Shown in pieces: positions 28,494-40,107 of a stretch of DNA of 64,000 nt. Within the stretch, counting starts at the first letter, position 1; every line of letters begins with the position of its first letter. Position numbers and translations under genes: made by a program. The notes below the pieces were generated by a model. It was not told where the DNA came from, ran no database searches, and saw only the letters and a program-made list of their open reading frames with translations. Source of the DNA: Acidobacteriota bacterium (GTDB taxonomy: Bacteria > Acidobacteriota > Blastocatellia > RBC074); NCBI GenBank assembly GCA_031423495.1, contig JANPFP010000125.1:19865-83864 (forward strand), read 5' to 3'.

Positions 28494-30407
28494 ATGGCGA
28501 AAAAGCCTGACGCTTCGAGAAGAAAATTTATGTCCGCCGCCGGAGCCACCACTGTCGCGGCGTTAAGCAACGCAACGGCGACTGCCACAACGGCTGACGA
28601 CATTAAGCCGATTACCATTCCGGCGGAATTCGCCGCCGCTGCCAATGTGGCTGCGGTCAAAGCGGTGTTTCCGATGAGCGGCGCGCAGGTGTTTGCGCGC
28701 GTCTGCAAAGAAGAAGGCTTGGCGGCGCTGTTTTCGTGCCCGGGCAATTATTCGATTGTGAATGCCATCGCACTCGAAGGCGTTCCGACGTATTCAGGCC
28801 GCCACGAAGGCGCGATGTGCCACGCGGCTGACGGATTCTGTCGCGTGACGGGCGAAGTCGCCGCAGCTTCAGGTACGGAAGGGCCGGGCTTCACCGATAT
28901 GATTAACGCCATCGCCACCGCCAACGCCGCGCGTTCGCCTGTGTTGGTGCTGGCGAGCAACATGACGCTGCGTCACGAAGACACCGAAGCCGGCATTCAA
29001 ATCGCTTATCAACAGCCTCAGACTGAAGGCATCAAGAAATACGGCAAGCGGCTGATTACGCCGTCGCGGGTGCATGAATACGGCGCGTATGCGTTTCGCC
29101 AGTTGCGCACCGGCGTACCGCGTCCCGTGCATTTAGACTTTCCTGCCGAAGTGGCGCGCGCTTCGTTTAAGTCGGCGAGCGAGTTGGATTATTACTTCGA
29201 CAAAGCACGTTATCGCACCGATGCCAAACCGCACCCTGATCCCAAAGCGTTAAAGGCCGCGATTGAGTTATTGAAACAGGCGCAACGTCCGATCATCGTT
29301 TCGAGCAACGGCGTTTTTTATAGCCGCGCGTGGGATGCGCTGAAACGATTGGCTGAGAAAGCCAACATCCCCGTCGTCGAATCGGGCGCGATGAAAGGGC
29401 AGTTCTCTGACGCTTCGCCGCTGTCAGCCAACGCCGCGCCTTCGGCTTTAGCCAGCGCCGATGTCGTCGTGCTGGTCGGGCAGTATTGCATGCCAACCGT
29501 GGGCGAATTCGCTTTCGGGCCAGATGCGAAATACATCCGCATTGATCCCGCGCCCGAAGACATTGGCCGCAATATGCCAATAGACATAGGCATGATCAGT
29601 TGCGAAAAAGCTGCGCTCGAAGCACTCGCCGACGCGATGCCCGCCATGAAGCACGACGCCTGGGTTGCTGAAATCGCCGCCGCCCGCAAAAAGTTCGAAG
29701 ACGAAAACGACGCGCATTACGCCAAAGGACTAACCTATACCGACGCAGTGCATCCCGCCGTGATCGCCAAAGAACTCAGCGATTTTATGTATCACGGCAA
29801 GTTGCCCAAAGAACAAACGACCTTTGTGGCGGGCGGTTATGGCATTGCGCGTTACGTGCGCCGTCGTTTGCGCAGCTATCGTCCCGGTCAGATTTTGAAT
29901 GGCGCTTATCAATACGGAGCCATCGGACCGGATGTCGGTTATGCGTTTGGCGCGGCGGTCGCGGTGCAACACGGCATCGGCCCGCAAGCCGCTTACAAAG
30001 GCGCTCCGGTGATTTGCGTGACGGGCGACGCGGGGATTGGTTACACGATCATGGAACTCGAAACCGCTGCCAAATATCGCCTGCCGATGATCGTGATCGT
30101 TTATAACAACAACGCCTGGGGTACGTGGACGGGCAACGCGCGCTCGCCCGTGACGTTGAGTATGCATCTGTTTCAGGAGAACGTACGTTACGACAAAGTG
30201 GCTGAAGGGCTGGGCGCGCACGGTGAATACGTGACGAAACCCGGCGACTTTCGCGCGGCGCTCGAACGTTGCTACGACTTGGCGGTCAAAGAGCGGCGGC
30301 CTTCGCTGATTAACTGTCAGGCAAAAAAAGAATTCTGGAACAAGCAACAATTCGAGCCGGGCTTTTTGGGTACGGTTGAGCCGGGCTGTATGTCATACAA
30401 CCACTGA
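28494..30407 (+). CDS. Thiamine-pyrophosphate-dependent enzyme (acetolactate synthase/benzoylformate decarboxylase superfamily) with twin-arginine signal peptide
   Basis: 637 aa. Tat motif [20 protein letters not shown]-binding fold [15 protein letters not shown]...NN..WG. N-terminal Pyr domain. Confidence 0.65.
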   Translation: MAKKPDASRRKFMSAAGATTVAALSNATATATTADDIKPITIPAEFAAAANVAAVKAVFPMSGAQVFARVCKEEGLAALFSCPGNYSIVNAIALEGVPTYSGRHEGAMCHAADGFCRVTGEVAAASGTEGPGFTDMINAIATANAARSPVLVLASNMTLRHEDTEAGIQIAYQQPQTEGIKKYGKRLITPSRVHEYGAYAFRQLRTGVPRPVHLDFPAEVARASFKSASELDYYFDKARYRTDAKPHPDPKALKAAIELLKQAQRPIIVSSNGVFYSRAWDALKRLAEKANIPVVESGAMKGQFSDASPLSANAAPSALASADVVVLVGQYCMPTVGEFAFGPDAKYIRIDPAPEDIGRNMPIDIGMISCEKAALEALADAMPAMKHDAWVAEIAAARKKFEDENDAHYAKGLTYTDAVHPAVIAKELSDFMYHGKLPKEQTTFVAGGYGIARYVRRRLRSYRPGQILNGAYQYGAIGPDVGYAFGAAVAVQHGIGPQAAYKGAPVICVTGDAGIGYTIMELETAAKYRLPMIVIVYNNNAWGTWTGNARSPVTLSMHLFQENVRYDKVAEGLGAHGEYVTKPGDFRAALERCYDLAVKERRPSLINCQAKKEFWNKQQFEPGFLGTVEPGCMSYNH

Positions 30408-30482
30408 CGCAAAGTTTTACTTTGACTCGGCGCTCCCGAATTGGGATTATCCCAGCGTCGTAGATATTTGGGGGAGGCACAC

Positions 30483-30782
30483 GTGAGAATCATCAGCAAA
30501 AGCCGATTGAAAATCTTTTGGCGTAAATACCCGGAAGCCGAAAAAGCCTTGATGGAATGGTACAAAACCACTGACAAGGCCGATTGGGCGAACTTCGCGG
30601 AAGTTCGTGACAGCTTTCGGCATGCTGACGTTTATTGCGATTGTACGGTCTTCGATATCAAAGGGAACGATTACCGGCTGGTAACGATCATTCTCTATCG
30701 GGTGAAACACGTTTACGTGCGCGCCGTGCTGACGCACGCTGAATACGACAAAGGAAAGTGGAAAGATGATTGCAACTGCTAG
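30483..30782 (+). CDS. higB: HigB-family type II toxin (RelE/ParE superfamily)
   Basis: GTG start VRIISKSRLKIFWRKYPEAEKALMEWYKT...WANFAEVRDSFRHADVY...DIKGNDYRLVTIILYRVKHVYVRAVLTHAEYDKG matches HigB_toxin (PF09907) along its full length. Confidence 0.75.
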   Translation: MRIISKSRLKIFWRKYPEAEKALMEWYKTTDKADWANFAEVRDSFRHADVYCDCTVFDIKGNDYRLVTIILYRVKHVYVRAVLTHAEYDKGKWKDDCNC

Positions 30783-31197
30783 TCGAAGAACTTCACACCA
30801 AACCATAGACTTGAAAAAGTACGCGCGGTTGGTAGCCAAAGCGGTGCCGCTCATCATCGAAACTGAAGCGGAATTTGAACGCGCCGATGCAGAAATCGGC
30901 CGGTTGTTGCGCAAAGGCTATGACAAGCTGTCGGCTGAGGAACAAAAACTGTTGGCTCTCATAAGTCGGCTCATTGAGGATTATGAAAACCGCACGTTCC
31001 CTGTTCCCACCAGTCAACCTTATGAGACGTTGCAATTCCTGATGGAACAGAACGACTTGCGACAAGCTGACTTAGTGAAGATTTTCGGTTCGCGCGGGCG
31101 CGTGTCTGAAGTCGTCAACGGCAAGCGCGCCATCAGCAAGACGCAGGCAAAATCGTTGGGTGAGTTTTTCAGAGTATCGCCGGAGCTTTTCATCTGA
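30766..31197 (+). CDS. higA: HigA-family antitoxin (XRE HTH)
   Basis: 143 aa. C-terminal HTH ([38 protein letters not shown]). Overlaps higB by 17 nt. Toxin-first order is typical of Hig. Confidence 0.7.
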   Translation: MIATASRRTSHQTIDLKKYARLVAKAVPLIIETEAEFERADAEIGRLLRKGYDKLSAEEQKLLALISRLIEDYENRTFPVPTSQPYETLQFLMEQNDLRQADLVKIFGSRGRVSEVVNGKRAISKTQAKSLGEFFRVSPELFI

Positions 31198-31658
31198 TGG
31201 CAAAAGATGCGTTGCCAATCGTGCGACATTCGCTGCAAGGCTACGCTGACTGCGGAGTCTTTCGCGGCTTCAGCGAAAGCAAACTGGGGCAATTCAAGTT
31301 CGTCTGGCTGCTGCAACATCAGATGGACTTGCACCTCGACACCGCCAAGCAGGAGTTGCGTTTCAAACAATTGCTGCCGGGCTTGCCTGCACGTTCGGCG
31401 TTGTATGCCGAACTCAAACAATTCATCGCGGAGCGCCACGACCGCGCGCTGCCCGAACATCGCCGCGTAGATCGTCGTCGCGCCGAAGCAACCTGTTCAA
31501 ACCGCAGCGGCTTCGTTTCGCTCACGTTGACGGTCAAAAAGAATCAATACGAATACGGCGTGAATCGTCTGGTGAATCTGGTGCATGAATTGTTTTTGCA
31601 CCTGCGCGAACATCACCCTGAATACTTAGTGGAGAATTTCAATGTACCGCAAGAGTAA
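31197..31658 (+). CDS. Hypothetical protein translationally coupled to higA
   Basis: 153 aa. Its start overlaps the higA stop and its end overlaps the cytochrome c start. No recognisable motif. Confidence 0.35.
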   Translation: MAKDALPIVRHSLQGYADCGVFRGFSESKLGQFKFVWLLQHQMDLHLDTAKQELRFKQLLPGLPARSALYAELKQFIAERHDRALPEHRRVDRRRAEATCSNRSGFVSLTLTVKKNQYEYGVNRLVNLVHELFLHLREHHPEYLVENFNVPQE

Positions 31659-32058
31659 GTGGCTAGTGGTTAGCGGCTGTTGGCTAGTTATCAGTTTGAC
31701 GCTAGTCGTAATCGCACAAGAGCCGCGCCGCAATGCCGAAGCGCAGAAGCTCAAGAATCCTGAACCGAAAAACGCCGAGACCATCGAAGCAGGCAAGAAA
31801 CTTTATGCACGGCATTGCGCTTCGTGTCACGGGCCGCAAGGCAAGGGCGACGGCGGCATGGCGTTGGCAGGCGGTGCGCCGTCTGATTTGACTGACGAGG
31901 CGTGGGATTACGGTTCGACCGACGGCGAAATTTTCGTAGCCATCCGCGACGGCGTGTCTGCCGACATGCTGGCTTATCAAGACAAACTCGACGACAAGCA
32001 AACTTGGCAGGTCGTAACTTTTATTCGCAGTTTAGGCCCGAAGGAAGAAAAGAAATGA
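31642..32058 (+). CDS. Class I c-type cytochrome
   Basis: 138 aa. Signal/TM N-terminus. Heme motif CASCHG followed by a distal Met region. Confidence 0.7.
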   Translation: MYRKSKWLVVSGCWLVISLTLVVIAQEPRRNAEAQKLKNPEPKNAETIEAGKKLYARHCASCHGPQGKGDGGMALAGGAPSDLTDEAWDYGSTDGEIFVAIRDGVSADMLAYQDKLDDKQTWQVVTFIRSLGPKEEKK

Positions 32059-33926
32059 GAGCAGCAAAAATCATTTTGACGGTGTGTTGCGTCATCGGCT
32101 TCGGCGGATGGCTTTTGAGCAAAACCTCTGCGCAAGGGCAAACCGGCCCAACCTCTGGTAAAGACGTTCCACCCGATGGCGCGAAGTTATACGTTGAGCG
32201 ATGCGCGGTTTGCCACGACAACGCGCAAGACCGTACGCCGCCCAAAACTGTCATCGCACGACGTACGGCAGACGAAGTTATCGCGGCGCTCACGACCGGT
32301 TCGATGAAAACGCAGGCCACCGGATTGAAAGAATTAGAGATTCGCGCCCTCGCCGTTTATCTCACCGGCAAACAACCGCGCGGCGTGATGGATGCGAATC
32401 AAATCGGCAATCGCTGCCCGGTCGCTGCCGGGCCGCTCAATCTAAAAGCGGCGGGCTGGAACGGCTGGGGCAATGATCTCGACAACACGCACTTTCAACC
32501 CAAGCCGGGTCTGAAAGCCGAAGACGTGCCGCGCCTCAAACTCAAGTGGGCTTTTGCTTATCCGGCGACGATGGCGATTGGGCAGCCTACGATTGTGGGT
32601 GACCGGCTTTATGTCACGAGCGATTCGGGACAGGTGATTGCCTTGAACGCGCAAACCGGCTGCACACACTGGGCGTTTAGCGTGGGCGCTCCGGTGCGCA
32701 CCTCAGTCTCAGTCGGCGCATTGCCCAAAGGCAGCGCGTCGAAATTCGCAGCGTATTTCGGCGACGAACGCGGGAACGTTTACGCCGTAGACGCCGACAC
32801 GGGCAAAGAGTTGTGGAAGATCAATCTCGACAAACATCCTGTCGCGCGCATCACCGGTTCGCCCGTGTTGCACGGCAATCGCTTGTATGTGCCGGTCTCG
32901 TCAGTCGAAGAAGCCATCTCGCGGCCAGACAAATATGAATGCTGTAAGTTTCGCGGCAGCATGGCGGCGCTCGACGCTTATACCGGCAAACTGATATGGC
33001 AGACTTACGCGATTCCTGATGAACCGAAGCCTTTCAAAAAGAACTCAGCCGGTACGCAACTTTATGGCCCGGCGGGCGCGGCGATTTGGTCTGCACCCAC
33101 GCTCGACCTGAAACGCGGCGTGCTTTATGCGGGCACGGGCAACTCTTACACCGACGTAGCGGCGGGCAACTCTGATTCGATCATCGCGTTTGAACTAGCG
33201 ACGGGAAAAATTCGCTGGGTGTTTCAAGCACTGCCGAACGACAATTTCATCATGAATTGCCGCCAACCCGGTGTGGGCAATTGCCCTGAAAACGCGGGGC
33301 CTGATTACGATTTTGGCAGTTCGCCGATCTTGCGCAAGCTGCCCAACGGCAAAGACGTTTTATTGGCGGGCAACAAGGCCGGCATCCTGTTCGCGCTCGA
33401 CCCTGACAACCAAGGCAAAAAACTTTGGGAAACCAAGCTCGGCGCGGGTACGGCGTTGGGTGGCATCGAGTGGGGTTTCACGGCGGATGCAACGAATGTA
33501 TACGTGCCGATTGCTGATCCGCCGATTGGCGCAATTGATCGCAAGCCCGGTTTGGCGGCGGTCAAAATCGCTACGGGCGAAAAGCTGTGGTTCACGCCTG
33601 CGCCCGCCGCGAAATGTTCGTGGGGCGCGGCGCGTTGCAACAACGCGCAATCGGCGGCGGCAACTTCGATTCCCGGCATCGTGTTTTCGGGCACGTCTGA
33701 CGGACACTTGCGCGCTTACGCGATGAGTGACGGCAAGATCGTTTTGGACATTGACACCGCCGCGCAGCCTTACGAAGCCGTCAACGGCAAGCCAGCCAAA
33801 GGCGGCACGATTGACGACGGCGGCGCAGTCATTGCGAACGGCGTGCTTTATGTGAATTCGGGCTACGGCAGAATTTTAGGGATGCCGGGCAATGCGCTGT
33901 TGGCTTATTCAGTGGATGGAAAATGA
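32055..33926 (+). CDS. PQQ-repeat beta-propeller dehydrogenase-like protein with N-terminal cytochrome c domain
   Basis: Start ATGA overlap with the upstream stop. N-terminal CAVCHD heme motif. Repeated W-containing PQQ/BamB-like blades ([44 protein letters not shown]...). Confidence 0.6.
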   Translation: MRAAKIILTVCCVIGFGGWLLSKTSAQGQTGPTSGKDVPPDGAKLYVERCAVCHDNAQDRTPPKTVIARRTADEVIAALTTGSMKTQATGLKELEIRALAVYLTGKQPRGVMDANQIGNRCPVAAGPLNLKAAGWNGWGNDLDNTHFQPKPGLKAEDVPRLKLKWAFAYPATMAIGQPTIVGDRLYVTSDSGQVIALNAQTGCTHWAFSVGAPVRTSVSVGALPKGSASKFAAYFGDERGNVYAVDADTGKELWKINLDKHPVARITGSPVLHGNRLYVPVSSVEEAISRPDKYECCKFRGSMAALDAYTGKLIWQTYAIPDEPKPFKKNSAGTQLYGPAGAAIWSAPTLDLKRGVLYAGTGNSYTDVAAGNSDSIIAFELATGKIRWVFQALPNDNFIMNCRQPGVGNCPENAGPDYDFGSSPILRKLPNGKDVLLAGNKAGILFALDPDNQGKKLWETKLGAGTALGGIEWGFTADATNVYVPIADPPIGAIDRKPGLAAVKIATGEKLWFTPAPAAKCSWGAARCNNAQSAAATSIPGIVFSGTSDGHLRAYAMSDGKIVLDIDTAAQPYEAVNGKPAKGGTIDDGGAVIANGVLYVNSGYGRILGMPGNALLAYSVDGK

Positions 33927-33930
33927 CGCG

Positions 33931-34764
33931 ATGCGAAAAGCCCTCTCACTCACGTTGTTATTGATCGGCGCTGTGATGCAAGTCGCAGCGCCGAATGCTT
34001 TCGCGCAACGCAAACCGATTCCGCCCAAAACCGTCGTACTCACCTTTGACGACGCGGTGAAAACGCATCTCACGAACGTCGCGCCGTTGCTCAAGAAGCT
34101 CGGCTTTCACGCTACGTTTTTTATCACGCACAAGTGGATGGACGATCCGGCTTACTTTTTGACGTGGCAGGAAGTCGGTCAGCTTCACCAGATGGGTTTC
34201 GAGATCGGCAATCACAGTTGGACGCACGGCAACTTTGGCAGTGCCGACAGCGCCACAAAACTCGGTGCAGAACTTGAGATGGTCGAAAAGGAGTTGGCGA
34301 ACGTCGGCGTGCCCAAACCGGTGAGCTTCGCGTGGTGCGGCAATGCGTTCGGGCCAGAGGCGCTGGCCGAGTTGCAGCGGCGCGGATACCAAACCGCGCG
34401 ACGCGGGATGCAACCTGAAATGGCTTATGGCGAGATGAAAGTTGGGCCAATGCTCGACGTGAAAAAACATCATCCGCTGTTGATCCCTACGTCAGGCGAT
34501 GCTTATCCCAATTGGACGTTCGAGCATTTCAAAAAGGTGTTAGCCAGCGCCCAACCCAACGAAATCATCGTGTTGCAATTTCATGGCGTACCCGACGAAA
34601 AGCATCCGTGGGTGACAACGCCAAAAGCGGCGTTCAAAGAATACATGTTTTACCTCAAGCAAAACGGCTATCGCACGCTGGCGCTGCGCGACGTGTTGCA
34701 GCATTACGATGCGAAACGCTGGCCGGATGACCCGCTGCGCCAAACCCGCTGCTGCGCGAAATAG
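33931..34764 (+). CDS. Polysaccharide deacetylase (NodB-homology) family protein
   Basis: Signal peptide. VVLTFDDA motif. His-rich metal site (HSWTHG). Confidence 0.7.
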   Translation: MRKALSLTLLLIGAVMQVAAPNAFAQRKPIPPKTVVLTFDDAVKTHLTNVAPLLKKLGFHATFFITHKWMDDPAYFLTWQEVGQLHQMGFEIGNHSWTHGNFGSADSATKLGAELEMVEKELANVGVPKPVSFAWCGNAFGPEALAELQRRGYQTARRGMQPEMAYGEMKVGPMLDVKKHHPLLIPTSGDAYPNWTFEHFKKVLASAQPNEIIVLQFHGVPDEKHPWVTTPKAAFKEYMFYLKQNGYRTLALRDVLQHYDAKRWPDDPLRQTRCCAK

Positions 34765-34780
34765 CCATAACCAACCAAGT

Positions 34781-36019
34781 TCATTTTGCCCACGGGAAGA
34801 CACGTTCAAACAGCCAGTCTTTGATCTCACGATCTAACAAACGCGTGTCTTGTGTCTTGTTCTTTTCGGTCGGCAACGCGTGCGTGTTGTAAGCGATGAC
34901 ATAAGCCGTGCGCGTGTCAGGCCGCAGGTAAAAGTGCGAGATGAAACCGTTCTGTCCACCACTATGGCCGATGAAGTGTTGGCCGAAATTGTCTTCGATA
35001 AAAAAGCTCAAGCCGATGGTATCTTTGCGGTTGCGGCCTTCGGGCGTAACCATTGCGTCAGGCGTCGCCGTGACTTGCGGCTGAAACATTTCTTCGAGCG
35101 AAGCGCGCTTCAACACGCCGTCATAAACTTCCTGCTTGCGCGCGTCACCCATCAGAAAGCTTAGATACTTTGCCATGTCAGGCAACGGCGCGTTGAGTCC
35201 GCCGTTCGAGACGGTGATGCCTGTGTCGGTATCAAAGCGCGCGGGCGTGTATTGCCCATCGCGCAAGTAGTAACTATACGAGCGATGTTTCAACAGGTGA
35301 TAAGGCGTCGTGTCGAAATAGCTGCGGTACATTTCGAGCGGCTTGAAGATGTTCTTGTCTATGTATACCTCGTAATCTTCTTTCGTCAGCGTTTCGATTA
35401 CGCGACCGAGATAAACAATGCCGGGGTTGGAATAACTAAACTTGCTGCCCGGCTTAAACAGGATTTCGGTGTAAGGCAACATCGCTACGAGTTGCGACCA
35501 GTGCTGCGGCTCATGCGGATGCCAATCTTTATCGCCGCCCCACGGCCACGTACCGTCACGAAAACCCGCGCTGTGCGACAGCAAATGCCGAATCGTAATC
35601 GCTTCCATTGGGCCAAACGGATTGTGTACCGCCTTGAGTTCCGGCACGTAGTTCACAATCGGATCGTCCAGCTTCAGCAAGCCGCGATCACGCAATTGCA
35701 TAATCGCAATGCCCGTGAACGTTTTCGTAATCGAAGCCCAGTGAAAGATCGTGTCTTCGGTGACGGGCAAATTCTTTTCGCGGTGCGCGAGTCCATAAAC
35801 GTGGCGGTCAATGATTTGGCCTTCGCGCAAGAGCATGAAGCTGCTGCCGATGATGCCGTGCTGTTTGAGTTTCGCTTCGTAAAAGGTTTTGAATGCGCGG
35901 CTCATAGCGTCGTAATTTTTCGGCCCAGCGTGTTTGAATGCCGTTTTGAGTTCGGCCTGCGCGTGTGCGACAACCGCACCAAGCAAGAGGCAAGCGACGA
36001 ACGACAAATTTTTTCTCAT
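34781..36019 (-). CDS. Secreted serine hydrolase (class C beta-lactamase-like)
   Basis: 412 aa. Signal peptide. SxxK motif ASITKTFT. HSAG/ YSN-like elements. Confidence 0.7.
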   Translation of the reverse strand: MRKNLSFVACLLLGAVVAHAQAELKTAFKHAGPKNYDAMSRAFKTFYEAKLKQHGIIGSSFMLLREGQIIDRHVYGLAHREKNLPVTEDTIFHWASITKTFTGIAIMQLRDRGLLKLDDPIVNYVPELKAVHNPFGPMEAITIRHLLSHSAGFRDGTWPWGGDKDWHPHEPQHWSQLVAMLPYTEILFKPGSKFSYSNPGIVYLGRVIETLTKEDYEVYIDKNIFKPLEMYRSYFDTTPYHLLKHRSYSYYLRDGQYTPARFDTDTGITVSNGGLNAPLPDMAKYLSFLMGDARKQEVYDGVLKRASLEEMFQPQVTATPDAMVTPEGRNRKDTIGLSFFIEDNFGQHFIGHSGGQNGFISHFYLRPDTRTAYVIAYNTHALPTEKNKTQDTRLLDREIKDWLFERVFPWAK

Positions 36020-36090
36020 GATTTTTCCTCGTGTGAGATGAACACTAACGCGCTAAAGCCTACGACAAAATTCTGAAAGGGCAACGCAAG

Positions 36091-37188
36091 ATGGATCCAA
36101 TCACGCATGGTTTATTAGGTGCAACCATCGCCAAAGTCATCACCGGCAAACGATTGCCGCGCGGCGCAGCCTTAATCGGCGGACTCAGCGCGATGGCTCC
36201 TGACGTAGACGTTTTCATGCCTTCGTTCGGCGACCCTACTGCCGACTGGATTTATCATCGCTACATCACGCACGCGCTCGTTGTTATTCCGCTGGGCGGA
36301 CTGATTTGCGCGCTCCCGTTTCTATGGCTCGAACGTTTCAAACCTTATCGCCAAGCCGTAATCATCGCGGCGATGCTTGGTTACGCCTCACATACGATGC
36401 TCGATTCGCTGACGAATTACGGCACGCAACAATTGCTGCCTTTCGCCGACACGCGCGTGACGTGGGACGCGATGCCGATTGTTGATCCGATTTATTCGCT
36501 GTTGTTGATTGCGGGCTTATGGCTTTCGGCTCGTACGCGTTGGCTTAACACCGCACGCTGGTCGTTGGCGCTATCGTTGCTCTATGTGGCGTTCGGCTTT
36601 TGGCAGCATCATCGAGCCGTGAATGTTCAACGCGAATTAATGGCGTGGCGTAAACATCAGGCAACGCAGTCGCGCGTATTGCCCATGCCTGGCTGGCTGA
36701 TTTTCTGGCGTTCGTTGTATGTGGCGGATGGCGTGCTTTACGCCGACGGCATTCGCCAGCCGTGGTGGGGAACCGCTGGCGTAAACCTCGGTAGCCACGC
36801 GCCAGTCATAAAGCTCGAAAATCTGCCCCTTGCCGCTCAAGCCAACCCAGAAACCGTAAGGCGTTTCAAAACGCTCGAATGGTTTGCGGGCGGCTATCTC
36901 GCACAGGTTGAAGGCCAGTCGCCCAACACTATCGGCGATCAACGCTTGGCTGGTGCAATTGATACGTTAAAACCGTTGTGGGGATTGAAATTCAGTCAGC
37001 AGGGCGAGGCGCTGCGATGGATGAATGCCAATCCTGATATTGAAGAATTGGTTTACGGGTTATTTTTTGGCGGTAGCGGATATGTGCCGCTCGCTAAACG
37101 TATAGCCTTTGAGCGCTGGGCAGAACAACTTAATCGTTCAGCGGGCGTGGAGGATTGGCCCAATGACCTGAAAGGTCAGAGCCGCTGA
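36091..37188 (+). CDS. Membrane-bound metal-dependent hydrolase (DUF457/YdjM-like) with C-terminal extension
   Basis: 365 aa. N-terminal MDPITHGLLGATIAKV typical of DUF457. Multiple TM segments. Confidence 0.55.
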   Translation: MDPITHGLLGATIAKVITGKRLPRGAALIGGLSAMAPDVDVFMPSFGDPTADWIYHRYITHALVVIPLGGLICALPFLWLERFKPYRQAVIIAAMLGYASHTMLDSLTNYGTQQLLPFADTRVTWDAMPIVDPIYSLLLIAGLWLSARTRWLNTARWSLALSLLYVAFGFWQHHRAVNVQRELMAWRKHQATQSRVLPMPGWLIFWRSLYVADGVLYADGIRQPWWGTAGVNLGSHAPVIKLENLPLAAQANPETVRRFKTLEWFAGGYLAQVEGQSPNTIGDQRLAGAIDTLKPLWGLKFSQQGEALRWMNANPDIEELVYGLFFGGSGYVPLAKRIAFERWAEQLNRSAGVEDWPNDLKGQSR

Positions 37189-37993
37189 CGATCACGCCTT
37201 TTTGATTCCAATCCATTCCGGCACGCACGTCCGTCGCCGTGTAACGCAGCGTCAATCCGCAGCGTCGTCGCGTAGAGGTATTCAACTCAGAGCCGTGCAA
37301 CAACAGATCGCTGTGAATTGAGACTTCACCCGCTTTGAGGATGTTGTCGAAAGGTGCGCCGAAGCGTTCCACTTCGGGTACGACCTGATTGAGAATGCTG
37401 TTGTCGCTTTCTTCGGTGAGTTGATAAGTCAGGTGGCCGAAATGATGCGAACCGGGAATGAAACGCATGGCGGCGTTTTCGACATCGGCATCGTCAATCG
37501 CCAGCCAAACAGTGACAGCCTTTGAGGGCGTCAGCGGCCAATAGCCTGCGTCTTGATGCCAGCCTACGGTTTTGCCGTCGCCGGGCAGCTTGCAAAAATA
37601 ATGCGAACCCCAGCCGATCACGTCTTCGCCGAGCAGGTCTTTGACATAAGCCACGACGCGCTGATTCGTCAGCAGGTCGTAAACCTTGCCGTAAAGCAGA
37701 TGCGCTGACTTGATCGAATAATTGTCCTGGCCCGAAGCCAGCACGCGCGCCAGCACGCCATCGAAATAGCGACGGTGTTCAGCCATCTCGGCTTCGCTGA
37801 ATAGCCGAATGCCGCTGACAAATCCGTCGCGATTGAACTTTTCGATTTGCCCGACCGTCAGCTTTTTCGGATGCGTCGTCGCGGACGGATGAAAGGCAAA
37901 CTCGCGCCCCATCGCCGCCAACTGGTCTTCTTCGGGAAACAGTTTGTTGAACTCTTCGTTCTGGTGTTGATTGACAGAATCCGTTTCTAGCAT
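37130..37993 (-). CDS. Phytanoyl-CoA dioxygenase (PhyH) family Fe(II)/2OG oxygenase
   Basis: 287 aa. WHQDAGYW...H.D facial triad region. PhyH-like length. Confidence 0.65.
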   Translation of the reverse strand: MLETDSVNQHQNEEFNKLFPEEDQLAAMGREFAFHPSATTHPKKLTVGQIEKFNRDGFVSGIRLFSEAEMAEHRRYFDGVLARVLASGQDNYSIKSAHLLYGKVYDLLTNQRVVAYVKDLLGEDVIGWGSHYFCKLPGDGKTVGWHQDAGYWPLTPSKAVTVWLAIDDADVENAAMRFIPGSHHFGHLTYQLTEESDNSILNQVVPEVERFGAPFDNILKAGEVSIHSDLLLHGSELNTSTRRRCGLTLRYTATDVRAGMDWNQKGVIVSGSDLSGHWANPPRPLND

Positions 37994-38037
37994 CGCGTGT
38001 CACCCAATCACTTTTCACTTTTCACTTTTCACTGACC

Positions 38038-38787
<750 letters not shown>

Positions 38788-38877
38788 AGATAAGTTTGAG
38801 TTCGTGAATGTAACGGTGGTAAGGAAGCTGGATAATACTTCACCGTTGGTTGGCGCGAAAGGCCGAGAAAAAAGTAG

Positions 38878-40083
38878 TTAAGCCGCCATCTGGGTTTCGG
38901 CTTCGAGCGGAGCCAGCGGCGCGCGTTCTTCTACTTTCAGCATCAACTCTTTAACAATGCGTTGCGTCGCGTCAGGGATGGCAATGCGCGCCGCCGCCAA
39001 ACGCATCGCCGCGTGATGCGCCGGATCGTTCAACAATTGGCGCACGAGCGGCACGATGTCTTGCGTACGTTTTAGCATGACGCCGGCTTGATGGCGTTCG
39101 ACTAACGCGGCTGTCTGCGCCTCCTGCGGCATCGGTTCAGTCGTCGTATCGGCAATAATCGGCAAGCGCGAAGCGAGCGCCTCAAAGGTCGTCAGCCCGC
39201 CGAGTTTAGAAACCATCACATCAGCCGCGCCCATCAGCTTTTCCATCGCGTTTGAATAACCAATCACTTTGGTCGGAAACGGCGCGCGTTCGGCCAAGCG
39301 ACTGATCTTGTCGTAAAGCGGCTGATTGCGTCCGGCCAGAAATACGGCCTGCGCATCTTTCAGTGATTCGCCTTGCGCGACCATTTCTTCAAAGATGGCA
39401 GGGATGTTTCCGCCGCCAACCCAACCCGCGTTGATGAACATTGTGAACTTGTCGGGTACGAGGCCGAGTTCTTCGCGCGCCGCAAACTTCTGGTCGTCAT
39501 CCTGAAACTGAAACTTAGGATGAATCGGCATGCCGCAAATTTTTATCTTCTCTGACGGTACGCCGTAATCCAGCAACTGTTGCCGCGCTTCGTCTGAGGC
39601 GACCAGATACAAGCTGACTTCGTCGCACGCCCAGCCGCGCCAGAATCCGTAACAAGGATCAGTCACGACCGTGACCAGCGGAATCGTTTCGAGCAAGCCG
39701 AGTTCGCGCAACGCCCGCGCGAAAAAATGCTGCGTCATCGGATGCACCGACACTACGACTTGCGGGCAGTATTTCTCGAACAACTGCTTCACGTAACGCG
39801 CCGTGATGCGATAAACAAAGCTTGATTCGTTCGGACGAAAACGCTGAATCGCGGCGTAGTAATACTTCACGAAGGGCTGATGGTGACGCAGCAGGTAGTT
39901 ATAAAACTCGGCAAACTTCTGCATCAGGTAATGCGACTCTTCGATAGCGCGCGCGATGTTGACGAGACATTCGGGCGCGGCAAAACGCTTCAAGCCCTCG
40001 GCAATCGCGTTCGCGGCTGAGGTATGTCCGCCGCCCGTGTCAGAAGTGATTATGAGAAATTTCGGAGTCGCTTCGTTCGCCAT
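38878..40083 (-). CDS. GT28-family glycosyltransferase (MGDG synthase/UgtP-like diacylglycerol glycosyltransferase)
   Basis: 401 aa. N-terminal FLIITSDTGGGHTSAANAIAEGL, characteristic of MGDG synthase/UgtP N-termini. Confidence 0.6.
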   Translation of the reverse strand: MANEATPKFLIITSDTGGGHTSAANAIAEGLKRFAAPECLVNIARAIEESHYLMQKFAEFYNYLLRHHQPFVKYYYAAIQRFRPNESSFVYRITARYVKQLFEKYCPQVVVSVHPMTQHFFARALRELGLLETIPLVTVVTDPCYGFWRGWACDEVSLYLVASDEARQQLLDYGVPSEKIKICGMPIHPKFQFQDDDQKFAAREELGLVPDKFTMFINAGWVGGGNIPAIFEEMVAQGESLKDAQAVFLAGRNQPLYDKISRLAERAPFPTKVIGYSNAMEKLMGAADVMVSKLGGLTTFEALASRLPIIADTTTEPMPQEAQTAALVERHQAGVMLKRTQDIVPLVRQLLNDPAHHAAMRLAAARIAIPDATQRIVKELMLKVEERAPLAPLEAETQMAA

Positions 40084-40107
40084 ACGTCATCACCTAAACT
40101 TTAATTT

